Shown: positions 62,230 to 64,000 of the stretch, one piece after another
How positions within the stretch are numbered: position 1 is the first letter of the stretch
Layout: each line of letters begins with the position of its first letter
Origin: Tubiluchus corallicola
Taxonomy: Eukaryota; Animalia; Priapulida
Direction: 5' to 3'
Assembly (NCBI GenBank): GCA_030141605.1
Contig: JAQGDQ010000301.1
Location: 222,573-286,572 of the forward strand
Length of the DNA: 64,000 bases
Program-made: the position numbers and the translations under genes
Notes under the pieces: model-generated
The model's database searches: none
What the model saw: the letters and a program-made list of their open reading frames with translations, nothing else
Told to the model about the DNA's origin: nothing

Positions 62230-63174
62230 ATGCAAGTCTTTCGGTGGAAGATCCAACGTTTGCGTACATCTGGCATCGTATTAGTCTTATTAATTTTCTT
62301 TACTACATGGAAATTCCTTGAAACTGACAACGAATTAAACATTGCCAATGAAAAATCCTCGGGTTCAAGTGAACCAGACGTGGAGGCGCTGGTGATGCAC
62401 TCACTTTCGACTACACAAAAATTTCCAGATGCACAAGACCGTCCATTCCACTTAGAAGTAGTTGTATTAACCTACAACAGACCTTTGTCTCTGCAGAGGT
62501 TACTACACTCTTTGACTACTGCAGCGTATGACGGGGACAAAGTACGATTGAAAATCTGTGTTGATAGATCTAAGAAAAAGGAATGGGGTGTATCAAAAGA
62601 AACTGTCTCAGTTGCCAATTCGTTCGCATGGCCTTACGGTGACAAGGAAGTGGTTGTCCACGAGCAACACTGGGGAATGCACAACCAGTGGTTTAACTGC
62701 TGGATACCAACAGAGGTACCTGAAGAGTATGGTCTCATTCTAGAGGATGATCACGTAGTTTCCCCTTATTACTATCGATGGTTAAAAGCTGCTCTGCTTT
62801 TTTACAAGACTCATCCGCAAGTGGGCGCTGTAACACTAACGAAAGCCACATGCTTAGGAAGAAATGACGGACGCCGCAGGCAGTACAGAAATCCGCTGTG
62901 TCCTCAATGCAAAGATAATGTTTTCTTGAATCCTCTTGTTGGGCCATGGGGACTGGCTCCCATGTCACATGTTTGGTCAAAGCTTCGGCCATGGGCACTT
63001 GAGAGGTTTCCAAACACATCATTTATCCCATACATTCCAGGCGAGAAAAATCTGCTACTTAATTCCTGGAATAGCAAGCCCAGACTGCGTTTGCCGGTTA
63101 CACAGGAAGACTGTAAGGGATATTACCAAGACTATGATGCGGGGAAGAGGCATAGATTGTGCTACCTTTTGTAA
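62230..63174 (+). CDS. Type II membrane GT-A (GT2-like) glycosyltransferase of an uncharacterised family
   Basis: ATG 62230, short basic tail, TM GIVLVLLIFFTTW, stem, then VVVLTYNRPLSLQRLLHSL, YDGDKV.L.I.VD, F.WPYG.K, ILEDD (DxD-like), VSPYYYRWL, GPWG. The C-terminus after PYIPG may be incomplete. Confidence 0.8.
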   Translation: MQVFRWKIQRLRTSGIVLVLLIFFTTWKFLETDNELNIANEKSSGSSEPDVEALVMHSLSTTQKFPDAQDRPFHLEVVVLTYNRPLSLQRLLHSLTTAAYDGDKVRLKICVDRSKKKEWGVSKETVSVANSFAWPYGDKEVVVHEQHWGMHNQWFNCWIPTEVPEEYGLILEDDHVVSPYYYRWLKAALLFYKTHPQVGAVTLTKATCLGRNDGRRRQYRNPLCPQCKDNVFLNPLVGPWGLAPMSHVWSKLRPWALERFPNTSFIPYIPGEKNLLLNSWNSKPRLRLPVTQEDCKGYYQDYDAGKRHRLCYLL

Positions 63175-63832
63175 TATCATTCACGTAGTTTGAATATTTG
63201 CCAAACCTATAATAACTAAATAGTTATCATTACGTTAAAACAGTCTCATTACTGTGCTTGTTAGAGCTCATTCACACCAAATCACACGAGTTTCAGCTTC
63301 TTATTACAAATTAATCGCTGCATGTGAGATCGCATATAATTAATATCATAATTTATCCATAAAATAATAACGCGAGCAAGCAATTAATTTCATGAAAAGG
63401 ATGTCCTGACCACTTAGCACTGACGAAATGACTCGCGTTCTCTTCATCAACTAGAGAAATTACACATAAGCTCTGAGGAAGATTATCTACAGCCTATCTG
63501 AAGACTTAGTGAGGTGTGGCACGCCTTTGGTCACTTACGTCATGTGCGTCAATGTACATTTACGTTAAATTACGTGTGACTTACGTAATGTAACTCATTA
63601 TGTTATGATGTCCGACTTATAATAGTTGTAATTTGTAAGGAATTTGCCGGCCCTTTACTGGAATAGTTTTGCCAGGTCAATGGATAAGTGTGAAGACAGT
63701 CTTAGCTCCTATATAATGCGTACTTATTTGACGAACTACATGTCTTTCACCCTAACAGTGTAAGAATCACACACTTTTTTACACGAACTGTAAAAGCCCT
63801 TATAGCGCTCTGTTGTCGTCAAATAAAATTTT

Positions 63833-63942
63833 TATTTGCGATCCTACTGCTCAGCTTTAATACTTTATGACTAAGTATACTGTCTGATTATTTGCGATCC
63901 TACTGCTCAGCTTTAATACTTTATGATTAAGTATACTGTCTG
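63833..63942 (+). repeat. ~56-bp tandem duplication
   Basis: TATTTGCGATCCTACTGCTCAGCTTTAATACTTTATGA..AAGTATACTGTCTG occurs twice. Confidence 0.9.
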
Positions 63943-64000
63943 TACCCTCTATTGCCTATTGGCTGTTTCTCAAGAGGAATCTCTGTTCTACGACCTGCAA

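Overview
AT-rich genomic DNA from an invertebrate animal (probably a protostome, inferred from the sNPF-type receptor). Three protein-coding genes are supported. (1) A 14-exon TTLL4-like ATP-grasp ligase on + (4099-24054, 579 aa by manual splicing with all intron phases consistent). Its candidate first exon encodes a signal-peptide-like sequence (MLFRMRLILVLIAVFHLTEC) in place of the long cytosolic TTLL4 N-terminus. The ATP/Mg core is intact but several glutamate- and acceptor-binding motifs are altered. This is the best candidate for an undescribed system: a secretory-pathway TTLL-type ligase with possibly changed specificity. (2) A class A neuropeptide GPCR of the short-neuropeptide-F/PrRP receptor type on - (33393-34619, coding region intronless). 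(3) A type II membrane GT-A glycosyltransferase-like ORF on + (62230-63174). The rest is repeat-rich: two TTAA-flanked Kolobok-like non-autonomous families (8 copies), a nested TA-flanked MITE, solo LTRs, SINE/LINE/Harbinger/Penelope relics, three minisatellites (97, 40 and 27 bp) and many microsatellites. All family assignments come from motif recognition by eye; no searches were run.
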